Origin: Heterodontus francisci
Lineage: Eukaryota
Assembly: GCF_036365525.1 (NCBI RefSeq)
Contig: NC_090415.1
Span: 12,648,001 to 12,712,000, forward strand
Length of the DNA: 64,000 nucleotides
Direction: 5' to 3'
Positions 51,591 to 64,000 of the stretch are shown in pieces. Position 1 is the first letter of the stretch. Every line of letters starts with the position of its first letter. The notes beneath the pieces are model-generated. The model ran no database searches. It was not told the DNA's origin and saw only the letters and a program-made list of their open reading frames with translations. A program made the translations under genes and the position numbers.

Positions 51591-52846
51591 TTTTGGAAAT
51601 GTAAGACTGATACAATCTCTCTCCCTCTCTCACCCCTCTCTCTCTTTCACTCTCCCTCTCTCTGTCCCTCTGTTACTGTATATTAAAGGGTAATGGTGTT
51701 ATTGAGTGTGTTATGGACACGCTGAACAGACGTGCAGCACTGCAACAGTGAACTCTCCTCCGGTGCCGCGGGTGAGACGGTCACTGTCACTTCTCCGCTC
51801 GGTACGTTCTAATCTGACGGGGCATTTATCTGTCTTCAGTCCTGCATCGAAGGACGGAGAGAACCAGCCTGTCACTGCCTGGAACAAAAAAAAACACAGC
51901 GTCTGAATGTGGGATTATTCTGTAACTGGACATCTCTCCTTGTTGACAATGGGATGTCTGGGACACCTGGAAAAATATGGATAGACTATAGGAAGAGACA
52001 GTCGATCATTTGTATTTTCACCGTCAGGAAACATGTTTATGTGTGCGATCAATAACATCAAACCGGACAGTAGTTTGAACACATTCAAAGCTGTGATTTG
52101 CTCTTGCCGTCGAACCTAATAAACAGACAACATTCGCAGCGCCAGTCTCAGAGTGTTTAACACTTACTGAGTCTAGAAAATACAAATACCCACCGTGAAT
52201 CCGCAGCACAGGCCGAGCGGAGGGGAAATCCTGTCCTATAAAAGCGCTAAATTGAGCGAACAGTTCGGCCTGAGATTGTGTGGATGTGAATATTGTGTAA
52301 GAGAGTGTATTAAAGAGGCGGGCGCGTTAGTCTAATGCCACTGTGTTTGTGGGTCTGGTCTCATCGCCGGATTTCCGAGTACCTCTTGCGTAAAAAAACA
52401 AGATTTTCCAGTCAAAGAAGCACTTTGCTCCCCTTCTAATCCTCAAAGTGGGAATTCAGTGTTGTTTGTTTGTTGATTTCAAGATTTTAGTCGAAAAGTA
52501 TGGAACATGTCAGCGATCGGCTGAGAGAGAGTCATCAGTGCAGCAATGAAACGGGTTTCAGTCGAAAATGGAGTCTTTACATCAAGTGAAACCTTTGTGA
52601 CAGCAAACATTCTGATGTCAGAGACAGGAAGGATCCAGCCTGGGACTCTGGAATACCCGAATTTCAGTGGAATTGGAGAGTTTCGGACCAGAGAGAAACA
52701 CAGAGAGGCAGCAGGAGCCGGGAGCTGACAGCAGGTTGTCTCCGCCCCGTCCGCTCGCTGCCTTTAAGTTGCTCAGTGCCGCCACCACCAGCTTCATTTC
52801 TGACCCAGTTCTGACTGACAGAGAGACTTTGTGCAGATTCCTGGAC

Positions 52847-53530
52847 ATGACCGATACTGCAGCCGCCGAAACGGCTCCTCCAGCCGCCGCCGCTCAAGTC
52901 AAGACTCCCAAGAAGAAGAAGGCGGCTCCCCGGAAGGGGTCAGGCGGTCCCAAGTTGGGCGAACTGATCCTCAAGACTGTGGCGGAATGCAGTGTCCGCA
53001 GTGGGATGTCACTGCAGGCAATAAAGAAGGCTCTGCGTGTTAAAGGTGTCGATGTGGAGAAGGGCAAGTTCCAAATCAAGCAAAGTATCAAGCGGCTTGT
53101 GGCGAAAGACTTCCTGGTGCAGACGAAGGGCACGGGGGCCTCCGGCACCTTCAAAATCGCGAAACAGGAAAAGAAGGGAAATGTGGTGAAGAAGATTAAG
53201 ACAGGAGCAGCCAAGAGATCTTTAGTGAAGAAAACAGCTGCCAAGAAACTGATCACAAAGAAAACAGCCAAGAAATCCCCAGGGAAGAAAATAGTCGCCA
53301 AGAAAGTGAGCAACAAGAAGACGGCAGCCAAGAAAGTGAGCACCAAGAAGGCGGCAACGCCAAAGAAGGCGGTAAAGAAAGCAACGCTTCCAAAAAAATC
53401 TCCAGCGAAGAATGCCAAAAAAGCCAAGAGGGCCACGGGCGGAAAGCCGCCCAAGAAAGTTCAATCATCAAGGGGCGGGAAGAAGCCGAAAGCAGCAAAG
53501 GCTCAGAAAGCAGCCCTAAGAAAGAAGTGA
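52847..53530 (+). CDS. H1: Linker histone H1 (227 aa), copy B
   Basis: Paralog of 793-1476 with a few substitutions; TG box 52342, AC box 52696; stem-loop ~53567-53582. Confidence 0.95.
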   Translation: MTDTAAAETAPPAAAAQVKTPKKKKAAPRKGSGGPKLGELILKTVAECSVRSGMSLQAIKKALRVKGVDVEKGKFQIKQSIKRLVAKDFLVQTKGTGASGTFKIAKQEKKGNVVKKIKTGAAKRSLVKKTAAKKLITKKTAKKSPGKKIVAKKVSNKKTAAKKVSTKKAATPKKAVKKATLPKKSPAKNAKKAKRATGGKPPKKVQSSRGGKKPKAAKAQKAALRKK

Positions 53531-54287
53531 GACAGCACGGGAAACTTGTAGACATCTGAACCCAAAGGCTCTTTTCAGAGCCACCCACGTCTCTCAGGAA
53601 AGAGCTGATCCCCCGATCAAATGATCCCTGTCCCGCAGTCGTGTGCACATTTCACCTAGAAATGATTTGAAGTAAATCCAGGTTCCCTGGTGACTCTCAA
53701 CCCAGCCCTTCCTCACTCTCTGCAACAAATCAGGGATGTCCGGGCCTCACTGTACCCGGGTATATGTTCGATGAAGTCTCAGTTCATGCTCGTTTCAGGG
53801 TGACAGCCTGTAACACAGTAACACGGGCGAGATACCCCACGTCACATCTCAAACTCCAATACATGATTTTCTAAAATTCAGCTGGTGTTAGGTTTCAGTA
53901 AACTGCTCAATCCGTCTGGGAGGAGAGGTGTGCCGAAACAGGTTGACTAGTGATCGGAAGCACTGCACTTAGGCGGGTGTATTACTAACTTTTATTTGTT
54001 ACAGATCCGTATTTAGACCGCCGGTTTTTGTTATCATTGGCGATAAAGGCCGAATCTCCAGGTTTTATGCTGAGCTCCAATGTCGAGAACTGTTTTTTCT
54101 TGAATTGGCGGTTCGAGCAAGTGGGAGGCGGAGCGAGAGGATCAAAGACATTTCTCTGCTCTGTCTGTCACTCAGTTTCCTCCAGACCCGCCTCTGGCTC
54201 TCTGTCTCTTTCTCAGTCAGGTCGGGGCAGGCTGCATAAAAAGGCAGCAGAAACTACTCGTTTCTCATTCAGAATCGGTTTGTCTGA

Positions 54288-54608
<321 letters not shown>

Positions 54609-56617
54609 ACAAATCGACCTTGTCTACCAAAAACAAAAGGCTCTTCTAAGAGCCACCCAAAACCTCACATAGAGATAACTGACCTTGAAACTAAAACGGG
54701 GATGTCTTGGGATGTGAAATTGTTGGAGCTCATCCAATGTTATGTGGACTTTATCAGATCAGTATTGAATTCTCTTATAGTCACTTCACGTCTCGCACAT
54801 TTTTTCACTGTCTTCTTCTGTTCCATGTTTAATAACCGCGTCATGAATTAAAAGATTGTATTTGATAATGTCCATTGCCGACCTGAACTGCCGGTAAAGA
54901 TGTAGAAAAGGATTTACTCCCGTTAGAGTAAGAAATGGCCGGAGCTTTATTCCCGCCAGAGACCGAACAGGGAATGAACCCCTATTCAAACCGTGTTGGA
55001 AGACACAGAGGGGGATCTAGGGCGGAAAAAAATGACGCTAAAAGCAATGAGATTTTATAATCGGTCCCGCCAAATTAGGTTTTCTTTAATCTTTGCGTCG
55101 TTTATAATTTGAAAATGGCGGGCTTTTTGAAATTGATTCAATTTCAGTTGCAGTTCAACCGGATGTTGCCGGGACTGGAAAAAATGCAGCTATGAGGAAA
55201 GATTGAATGGTCCGTGGTTGTTCTCTGTGGCACAGAGAATGCTGAGGAGAGATCTGATTGAATTGGATAACATTTTGAGAAGCCTGGATAGAGTGTAGGT
55301 GAAGGGCCAATTTACCTTCATACAGAGGTCACTGACTGGGGGTCAAAGACTTAAAGCGTTTGGTAGAATGATTAGAGGGAAGATGAGGACAAGGTTTTTT
55401 CCCTCTCATCTAGAGGATGGTGGGGGTCTGGAACTCAATGCCTGAAAGGGTAGTTGAGGCAGAAATCTTCTAATGATTCAAAAGAAGTCTGGAAATGCAC
55501 CTCAAGTGCATATTCTACTGGATTACAGACCAAATGCTGGCAGGTGGGATTAGAATGGGTGGAGAGCTTTCCGGCTGGCACAGACACGATGGTCCAAGTG
55601 GCTTCTTTCTGTGCCATAAACTTTCAATGATTTTCAGAAAAGAGAAGGCTGAGGGGGGACATGATTGAGGGATCCAAAATTATGAAGGTCATTGATAGGT
55701 TAGACAGGAGGAAACTTTTTTGTTTTCCCTCAGCGAACGGATCGATCAGTCGGTAAGGGGCAGGAGGTTTAATGGAGATGTGAGGGGGAAAAAAACACTC
55801 ATCATGTGGTTGGAATCTGGAACACACTGCCTGAATAGGTGGTAGAGGCAGGAACCCTCACAACATTGAAGAGGTATTTAGATGAGCACTTGAAACGCCA
55901 TAGCATACAAGAATACGGGCCAAGTGCTGGAAAATGGGATTAGAATAGTTAGATGCTTGAAGAAATACTTGCAGGTTTATAGGTAAATTGCTCCCAGTGT
56001 AGGTAGATGGTAGGAGAATGGTGGGGATGCCGCAGGGAATATGGGATTAATGGAGGATTAGTATAAATGGGTGGTTGTTGGTCGGCACGGACTCGGTGGG
56101 CCGAAGGGCCTGTTTCTGTGCTGTGTAACTCCATGACTCTATGTTTAGTTATCGCGTCATGAATTAAACGGTTGCATTTGACAATGTCCATTGACGACCT
56201 GAACTGCTGGTGAAGATGATGGATTTATTCCCGTTCGGGTAAGCAATGACCGGAGCTTTATTCCCGCCTGAGACCCAACAAGGAATGAACCCCAATTCAA
56301 ACCGTGTGGGAAGATAGAAGGGGATCTGGAGCGGGAAAAAATGACGCTCCAAGCAGTGAGATTTTATAATTGTTCCCGCCGAATTAGGTTTTATTTAATC
56401 TTTGAGTAGTTTGCTAATTTGAAAATGGCGGGCTTTTTCAAATTGATGAAATTTCAGTTGCAGTTCAACCAATCAGGACGCAGCAATTCCCGAGGCCCAT
56501 TCACTTCCCAAAGCGAGTTTCAAACTGAAATGAAGGACGGGGCTGCATCCAATCACAACACTAGGGCGGTCCCTCAACTGTCTTAAATAGGCAGTCCCTG
56601 AGCAGCCTCCGCATTAA

Positions 56618-57049
<432 letters not shown>

Positions 57050-57526
57050 ACTGACCCTGCCCGGAACTGAGTTCGGCATCAAATACCACAACGGCTCTTT
57101 TAAGAGCCACCAAATCGACAAAAGAAAGAGTTGTGATCTCTTGTTCATTCCAGCACATAAACGTCTCAGAAGGTTTCGACCACTTATTTACTCAAAGCCG
57201 GGAGACACAATTACTTATATCTGCATCCGGCAGCTGGAGATTTCATGACGTGTCAGTTGTAAGATCGAGAGTAGCGATACCAATGTGCACAGCGCATTTT
57301 AATAGACCGGCGATCGTTTTAGAACTGAACAAATGTTTGTGGTACATAAAGGGTAGAATGGTAAAAGTGCCTTTCCAATAGGGTCTGAGGGAATTAGAAT
57401 GCATTTCATCTGATGAGCATCTAAATACCAAAATCCAGTACACTTCATTCCAACACAAAACAATGATAACAGTGTAATATTACAGTCTTTCAGACAGTAA
57501 CCAGCCCTTTCACAGATAAAGTGGGT

Positions 57527-57542
57527 GGCTCTGAAAAGAGCC
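57527..57542 (-). terminator. Histone stem-loop (H2A B)
   Basis: Reverse complement reads GGCTCTTTTCAGAGCC-ACCCA, with AAAGGGCTG downstream element. Confidence 0.95.
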
Positions 57543-57572
57543 TTTGGGTTCACAGATTCAAGTCAGGCCGCT

Positions 57573-58082
<510 letters not shown>

Positions 58083-58851
58083 TCATTGTGCTGTGCATGT
58101 TACTAATCAGAGAGCTGCTCAATTCACCAATCACAAGAATTGAGAGCGAAAAATAAGAGCGTGAATTTGTCAGCCTCCCAACGATTTTTCACATTTGAAA
58201 AGCCCGCCAATATATTTGGAAAACAAGGGGCGGCTTCAATGTTGAATATTACATTTATAGGTCACATTGTTTTACAGAAAACATTGTAAAAACCTTTTAT
58301 TTTTTTTATTCCACATTTTGTCCCTGATTGTTCCAGATTCGCTTTTGTAATCCGCCATGTATTCTGCTTTATTCTTTTCTTTTTTATGATACTGTCTGTA
58401 ACCAGCGGCTGAAAGCCTCATTCACAGTATCCTGCAACCGGACACATTTCAGGTCAATTTTCATAATAATTCTACATCACTGATTATAGATTGATCCCTT
58501 TTCGTGGAGGACAAAAGAGGAGTAGAGATATTCTGTGTTATGTGCCAAAAAACCTATCTGCCGACATCCCTGACCTTCTGACTCCCTCTGTTACTGTCTC
58601 TTCAATTATTTCCATTTTGTTGGAACTGGACCGTTACTTTTTCATTCTCTTCCGATCATTCCACCGCACATCTATTTAGGCCCAGGCAGACTAGGTGATC
58701 GGGTGGTTAACGCGATTGACAACTAATTCATTGAGCTCTGCCTGCGTGGCTTCAAATCGTTTGTCTGTGAAATGTTTCTCTTAGCTGGTTGTCACTGAAG
58801 AGCACCGACTTCAGATGTCTTTTTAAGAATGTGCTGGGTCTTTCATGCTGA

Positions 58852-59648
58852 ACAAGAACAAAGAACAGCACAGCTCAGGAACAGGCCATTCGGCCCTCCA
58901 AGCCTACGCCGATCTTAACTAAACTAAAACCTTCACTTCCGGGGTCCATATCCCTCTATTCCCATCCTATTCATGTATTTGTCAAGTTGCCTCTTAAACG
59001 TCTCTATGGTACCTGCTTCCACCACCTCCCCCGGCAACAAGTTCCAGGCACTCACCACCCTCTGTGTAAGGATCTTGCCTCGCACATCCCCTCTAATCTT
59101 TGCCCCTCTCACCTTAAACCTATGTCCCCAGGAAACTGACTCTTCCACCCTGGGGAAAAATCTTCTGATTATCCACTCTGTCCATGCCACTCATAACTTT
59201 GTAAACCTCTATCATGTCCCCTCCACCTCCGTCGTTCCAGTGAAAACAATCCGAGTTTATCCAACCTCTCCTCATAGCTAATGCCCTCCAGACCAGGCAA
59301 CATCCTGGTAAACCTCTTCTGTACCCACTCCAAAGCCTCCACGTCCTACTGGTAGTGTGGCGACCAGAATTGCACGTGTGGCCTAACTAAAGTTCTGTAC
59401 AGCTGCAGCGTGACTTGCCAATATTTATACTCTGTGCCCCGAATGATGAAGGCAAGCATGCTATATGTCTTCTTGACTACCTGATCCACCTGCGTTGCCA
59501 CTTTCAGTGACCTGTGGACCTGTCCGCCCAGATCTCTCTGCCTGTCAATACTCCTAAGGGTTCTGCCACTTACTGGATAATTCCCACCTGTATTCGATCT
59601 TCCAAAATGCATTACCTCACATTTGTCTGGATTAAACACCATCTGCCA
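58852..59648 (-). mobile_element. CR1 3' fragment (paralog of 6474-7270)
   Basis: Near-identical to copy A. Confidence 0.9.
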
Positions 59649-60444
59649 CGATGGAATACGAGAAAGAACTTTTTATGTACTGAATGGTAATGACCTGGAA
59701 CTCACTGACCACAAGGGTGGAAGAAGCTGAGGCAGCTAATGACGTCAAGAGGATATTGGGATGGCATCTGAAGGAAATAAACTTGCAGAGCTACAAGGAT
59801 CGTGTGGGGAAATGAGTGTGACTGGATTCATCTATGGAGAGCTGGCATGGAGTCGATGGGCCCAATGGCTTCCTTCTGTGCTGGAAATATCTGTATGTTT
59901 ACTATTTGTTTGAGACTGTAACATGATTATTTTAAAGGCTTTTTCAATATATAGTAGCCATAAAAAGAAACCACAGGTCCATTTTATGTGAGAACTGCAT
60001 GGATGATGAGAATTTTATCAATTGCTCTGACATTTTTAGATAGTTTAATTCAAGTTCCAGAATTAAAGCCTGACATTCAACAGGGCAATAAAGATGGTCA
60101 TTGTGATGGCCAGGAATCAAAACTAACTCAACTGCTTGGAAAGCAGCTTTGCTCACCACTATAACAAGATTGTTTCTGGAAACAGGCCCCTCAGGCTTCA
60201 TTTATGGAGCAACTACACACAATAGCCTTCTGATTAATCAAATGTTTTGCAAGCATTTTAATCAGAACCTTTTAGTTGATGTCAATCAAAGCAAAATACT
60301 GTGGATGCTGGAAATCTGAAATAAAAACAGAATGTAATGTAAATACCCTGATGTAAGATCACAGACCAGAAACGTTAAAACAGTTCCTCGCTCCGCAGAT
60401 ATTGCTAGTCCTGATGGGTATATCCAGCACTTTGTTTTCATTAC

Positions 60445-60516
60445 CACAACAGCTCCTTGTAGATCTCCACAATGTACAGAAATAAAGCACCAAGCACAAC
60501 GGCTCTTTTAAGATCC
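60445..60516 (+). pseudogene. H2B: Residual last codons and degenerate stem-loop of the H2B relic, copy B
   Basis: CACAACAGCTCCTTGTAG and GGCTCTTTTAAGATCC (60501-60516) remain; the upstream 418 bp of copy A are missing. Confidence 0.75.
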
Positions 60517-61227
60517 ACTGACAGCCTCTCTGAAATAATCGATTTGCTGAAGTGATTTCAATACCAACTGTTCAAATTTCAGCCAAGTTAACTTTGAGTT
60601 CTCAAACAAGCACGTTCACCAACCGGTTCAAACATTGTGTCACTTATTAATTCCCTGCCCTACAAACTAAATATCGTCCAATGATCGCCATTGTACCTGA
60701 CTGTTTCTGGTACGGGAGTATTAATTTAGTCTGTATCTGTCAGTTTTTGGAGTATGATGTGGGGTTTGCACTGTACCTGTCATTCTGTGGTGTGTGAATG
60801 TTGGTTTTATTTTCTGGTATTTAAATATGTATTCTGTTCTGTAGCTGTCAGTTTCTGGTATGTGTGTAGTTTTCACTTCGTGTTTGTCAGTTTCTGCTTT
60901 GGGAGTATGGGATTTACTCGATATTTGTCTGCCACTGAAATGTGAGTGTGCGTTTGAACCTTTAATTCCTTTGTGCCTTACAGTATTGATCTTTACCTAT
61001 CAGTTTCTGCAGTGTGTGTGGGGTTTGCTTCATGCTTCTCTCTTTCTGGTATGTTTGTATAATTTTACTCTGCTCTCACAGGTGAGTGTTGTTTTCTTGT
61101 CTATTTTGCTGTATCATTCAGTTTCTGGTATGCAAATGTAAGTTTCACTCTATATCTCTCAATCCCTAACCTGTAATTTGTCTGTATCTGATTGTGAGTG
61201 CAGGTTTTTTTTCTGCTCCTGACTGTC

Positions 61228-62890
61228 ACAGGTAATGCAGAGTTTATAGAAAGGGAGGAACTTAAAACAATCATCATCACTGGGAAAAAAATACTCAGCA
61301 AACCATTAGGATTGAAGGTAGACAAGTCCCCAGGGCATGATAGCCTTCATCCTAGGGTCTTAAAGGAAGTTGCAGCAAGATAGTGGATCCATTGGTTATA
61401 ATATTTCAAAATTCCCTGGATGCAGGAAAGGTTCCAGTCGATTGGAAAAAGCCAATATAACGCCCTTCTTCAAAAAGGGAGGAAGGCAGAAAGTAGGAAA
61501 CTATAGACCAGTTAGTTTCACATCCATCTATATTGGGAAATTGTTAGAATCCATTATTAAGAATGTAATAACAGGTCATTTGGAAAGTCAAAACACAATA
61601 CATCTGAGTCAGCATGGTTTTATGAAGGGTAAATCGTGTTTGACTAGTTTGCTAGAGTTCTTCGAACATGTAACAAGCAAAGTGGATAATGGGGATCCTG
61701 TAGATGTAGTATATCTGGACTTTACCAAGGCATTGGATAAGGTGCCGCACAAAAGGAAAGATCACATGTGGTTAGGGCCAATTTATGGGCTTGGATAGAG
61801 GATTGGCTAACCAACAGAAAACAGAGGTTCAGTATAAATGGGTCTTTTTCTGGTTGGCAAGATATAACTAGTGGGGTGTCACAGGGTTCGGTCCTTGGGA
61901 CCCAGCTATTTACAATCTATATTAATGACTTGGATGCAGGGACAGAAGGCACTATAGCCAAATTTGCTGATGACATGAAAACAGGTTGGATAGTAAGTTG
62001 CAATAAAGAAATAAGAAATTTACAAATGGATATGGATAGCTTAAGTGAATGGGCCAAAATTTGGCAGATGGAGTTTAACGTGGATAAGTGTGAGGTTATC
62101 CATTTTGGTCAGAAGAATAGAAAGTCAAATTATAATCAAAATGGAGAGAAACGTCAGAGTGCTTTGGAACAGAGGCATGTTGGCGTTCTCGTGCATGAAT
62201 TGCAGAAAACTGGTATGCAGATGCAGCAGGTATTAAGGAACCCAAATGGAATTTTGGCATTCATTGCGAAAGGAAAAGAGTATAGAAGTAGGGAAGTGTT
62301 GCTGCAACTGTACAAGGTCTTCGTGAGACAGCACCTGGAGTATTAAGTACAGTTTTGGTCCTCTTACTTGAGGAGGGATGTAGTTGCATTGGAGGCAATT
62401 CAGAGGAGGTTCACCAGACTGATTCCAGAGATGAGGGGTTTGTCTTATGAAGAGAGATTGAGCAGTTTAGGCCTTTGCTCTTTAGTGTTTAGAAGAATGA
62501 GGGGAAATCTAATTGAGGTATATAAGATGATTCAGGGGATTGACAAAGTTGACAAAGAGGATGTTTCCTCTTGTGAGACAATCTAGATCGAGAGGTCATA
62601 GTTTCAGAATAAGGGGTCGCAGATTTAAAAGAGAGGTGAGGAGAAATTACTTCTCTCAAAGGGTCGTGAGACTGTGGAATTCACTACCCCAGAGTGTGGT
62701 GGATGACCGGATGTTGAGTAAATTTAAGGAGAAGATGGTCAGATTTTCCATTAATATTGGGTTGAACGGTTATGGAGAACGGGCAGGAAAGTGGAGTTGA
62801 GGCCGAAATGAGATCAGCCATGATTGTATTGAATGGCGGAGCAGGTTTGAGGGGCTGAATTGCCTACTTCTGCTCTTAGTTCTTATGTTC
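61228..62890 (+). mobile_element. CR1 ORF2 fragment (paralog of 9262-10925)
   Basis: Same RT motifs as copy A. Confidence 0.9.
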
Positions 62891-64000
62891 TTTTATGTGA
62901 GAAACATCTTAGTCTGTATTTTGAAGCCTCAGATATATCTGCGTGTCGCTTGAACTCTGTCCTTGTCAGTTTCTGGTCTGTGAGTCTATCATTGTGGGTT
63001 CAATCATTACCCAGAGCTCAGTTTAACTGGTGAAATTTACAGGCTCCTTTTTTTTTTGCTCTATTTAACAAAGATCTTTGCCATTGTTTCTGACTGAGAA
63101 CTCATTTATCACCTGAAAGACTGTGCTTTGGTTAACATAGTTCTCATTGAAAGAAAACTGAAGCTCAGCTATATGGGAGCTGCACATGGATGATGAGAGT
63201 ATTTTGTCAATTTTATTTTGGAAATTGCATGAACAATTAAGGTATCAATGCAGCTGGATGGTATTAGAATTGATACCTGACCTGCAGGAAGGAACCGAGG
63301 TCAACAGCTTGGAAGGCAGCTTTGGTCAGCATTAAACCACCATCACTCAATGAGTTTGACATATGTAAACATGTACTTTATTCAGTAACATTTATTTTCT
63401 ATTTTGTGATTATATCTGGTTCCAATTCATCATTTCAGGCTCCAGTACTCTGTGTGAGGTGGGATTAATGTGGTGTATGTCAGTTTCTGCTACTCCCTGT
63501 GAGTATGAATATACTTATGTACCAATCAGTCTCTCAAACTGAATATGTGTACGGATAAATTCATTTCTCATCAGTAACTGGCACTGACAGTGAGCCTGAG
63601 ATTCATTCAATATCTCTGTCTCTGGTATTGTATGTGAATGTGTTGTTTATTCTGTGTCTCTCATTGTGCTTTTTATTCTCTACTACTCCATGTCAATGAA
63701 ATTTGCCCTGTGTTCACCAGTTTCATGGACTGTAATTGAGTATCGGATGCATTATATAGCTGTCATTCTCTGATCTGCCTGACAGATTTTTGATCTACAA
63801 TGGAATAAAGGGTTATGGGGGAAGCCAAGAAATTGAAGTTAAGACCACAATCAGATCAGCCATAATTTTAATGAATGGAAAGCAGGCAGGGGGGTCAAAT
63901 GGACTAGTCTTATACGTTTTAATAAGGTCACTATCATTCTTCTATACTGTAATGAATAAAGTGCTAACCTGTGTAGCTGTTCTTGATAAGTCAACCCCTT

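Overview
Eukaryotic, repeat-dense genomic DNA, most likely from a cartilaginous fish (inferred from HE1/V-SINE-type SINEs, abundant CR1 LINEs and Penelope-type hammerhead relics). It holds two copies, about 52 kb apart (A: 1-~12450; B: ~52045-64000), of a replication-dependent histone gene unit: H1(+), H4(+), H3(+), H2A(-) and an H2B relic(+), with 3' stem-loops. H1, H4 and H3 are intact in both copies. H2A is intact only in B; A has a 325-bp 3' deletion. H2B is a dead fragment in both. The ~40 kb between the units is a mosaic of CR1, RTE and other LINE fragments, V-SINEs, a degenerate ~40-bp tandem repeat and internal segmental duplications. These duplications carry four copies of what looks like the 5' end (promoter plus small exons) of an unidentified minus-strand gene. 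The most notable signals are: a divergent H1 with H1.0/H5-like patches and an exact 354-nt TG-box/AC-box spacing; H4 with Thr1; CDE/CHR-like modules in histone promoters; hammerhead-ribozyme-bearing short insertions, one tied to an inverted duplication; and the repeated orphan gene head. I cannot show a wholly new biological system from sequence alone; all findings are candidates for checking.
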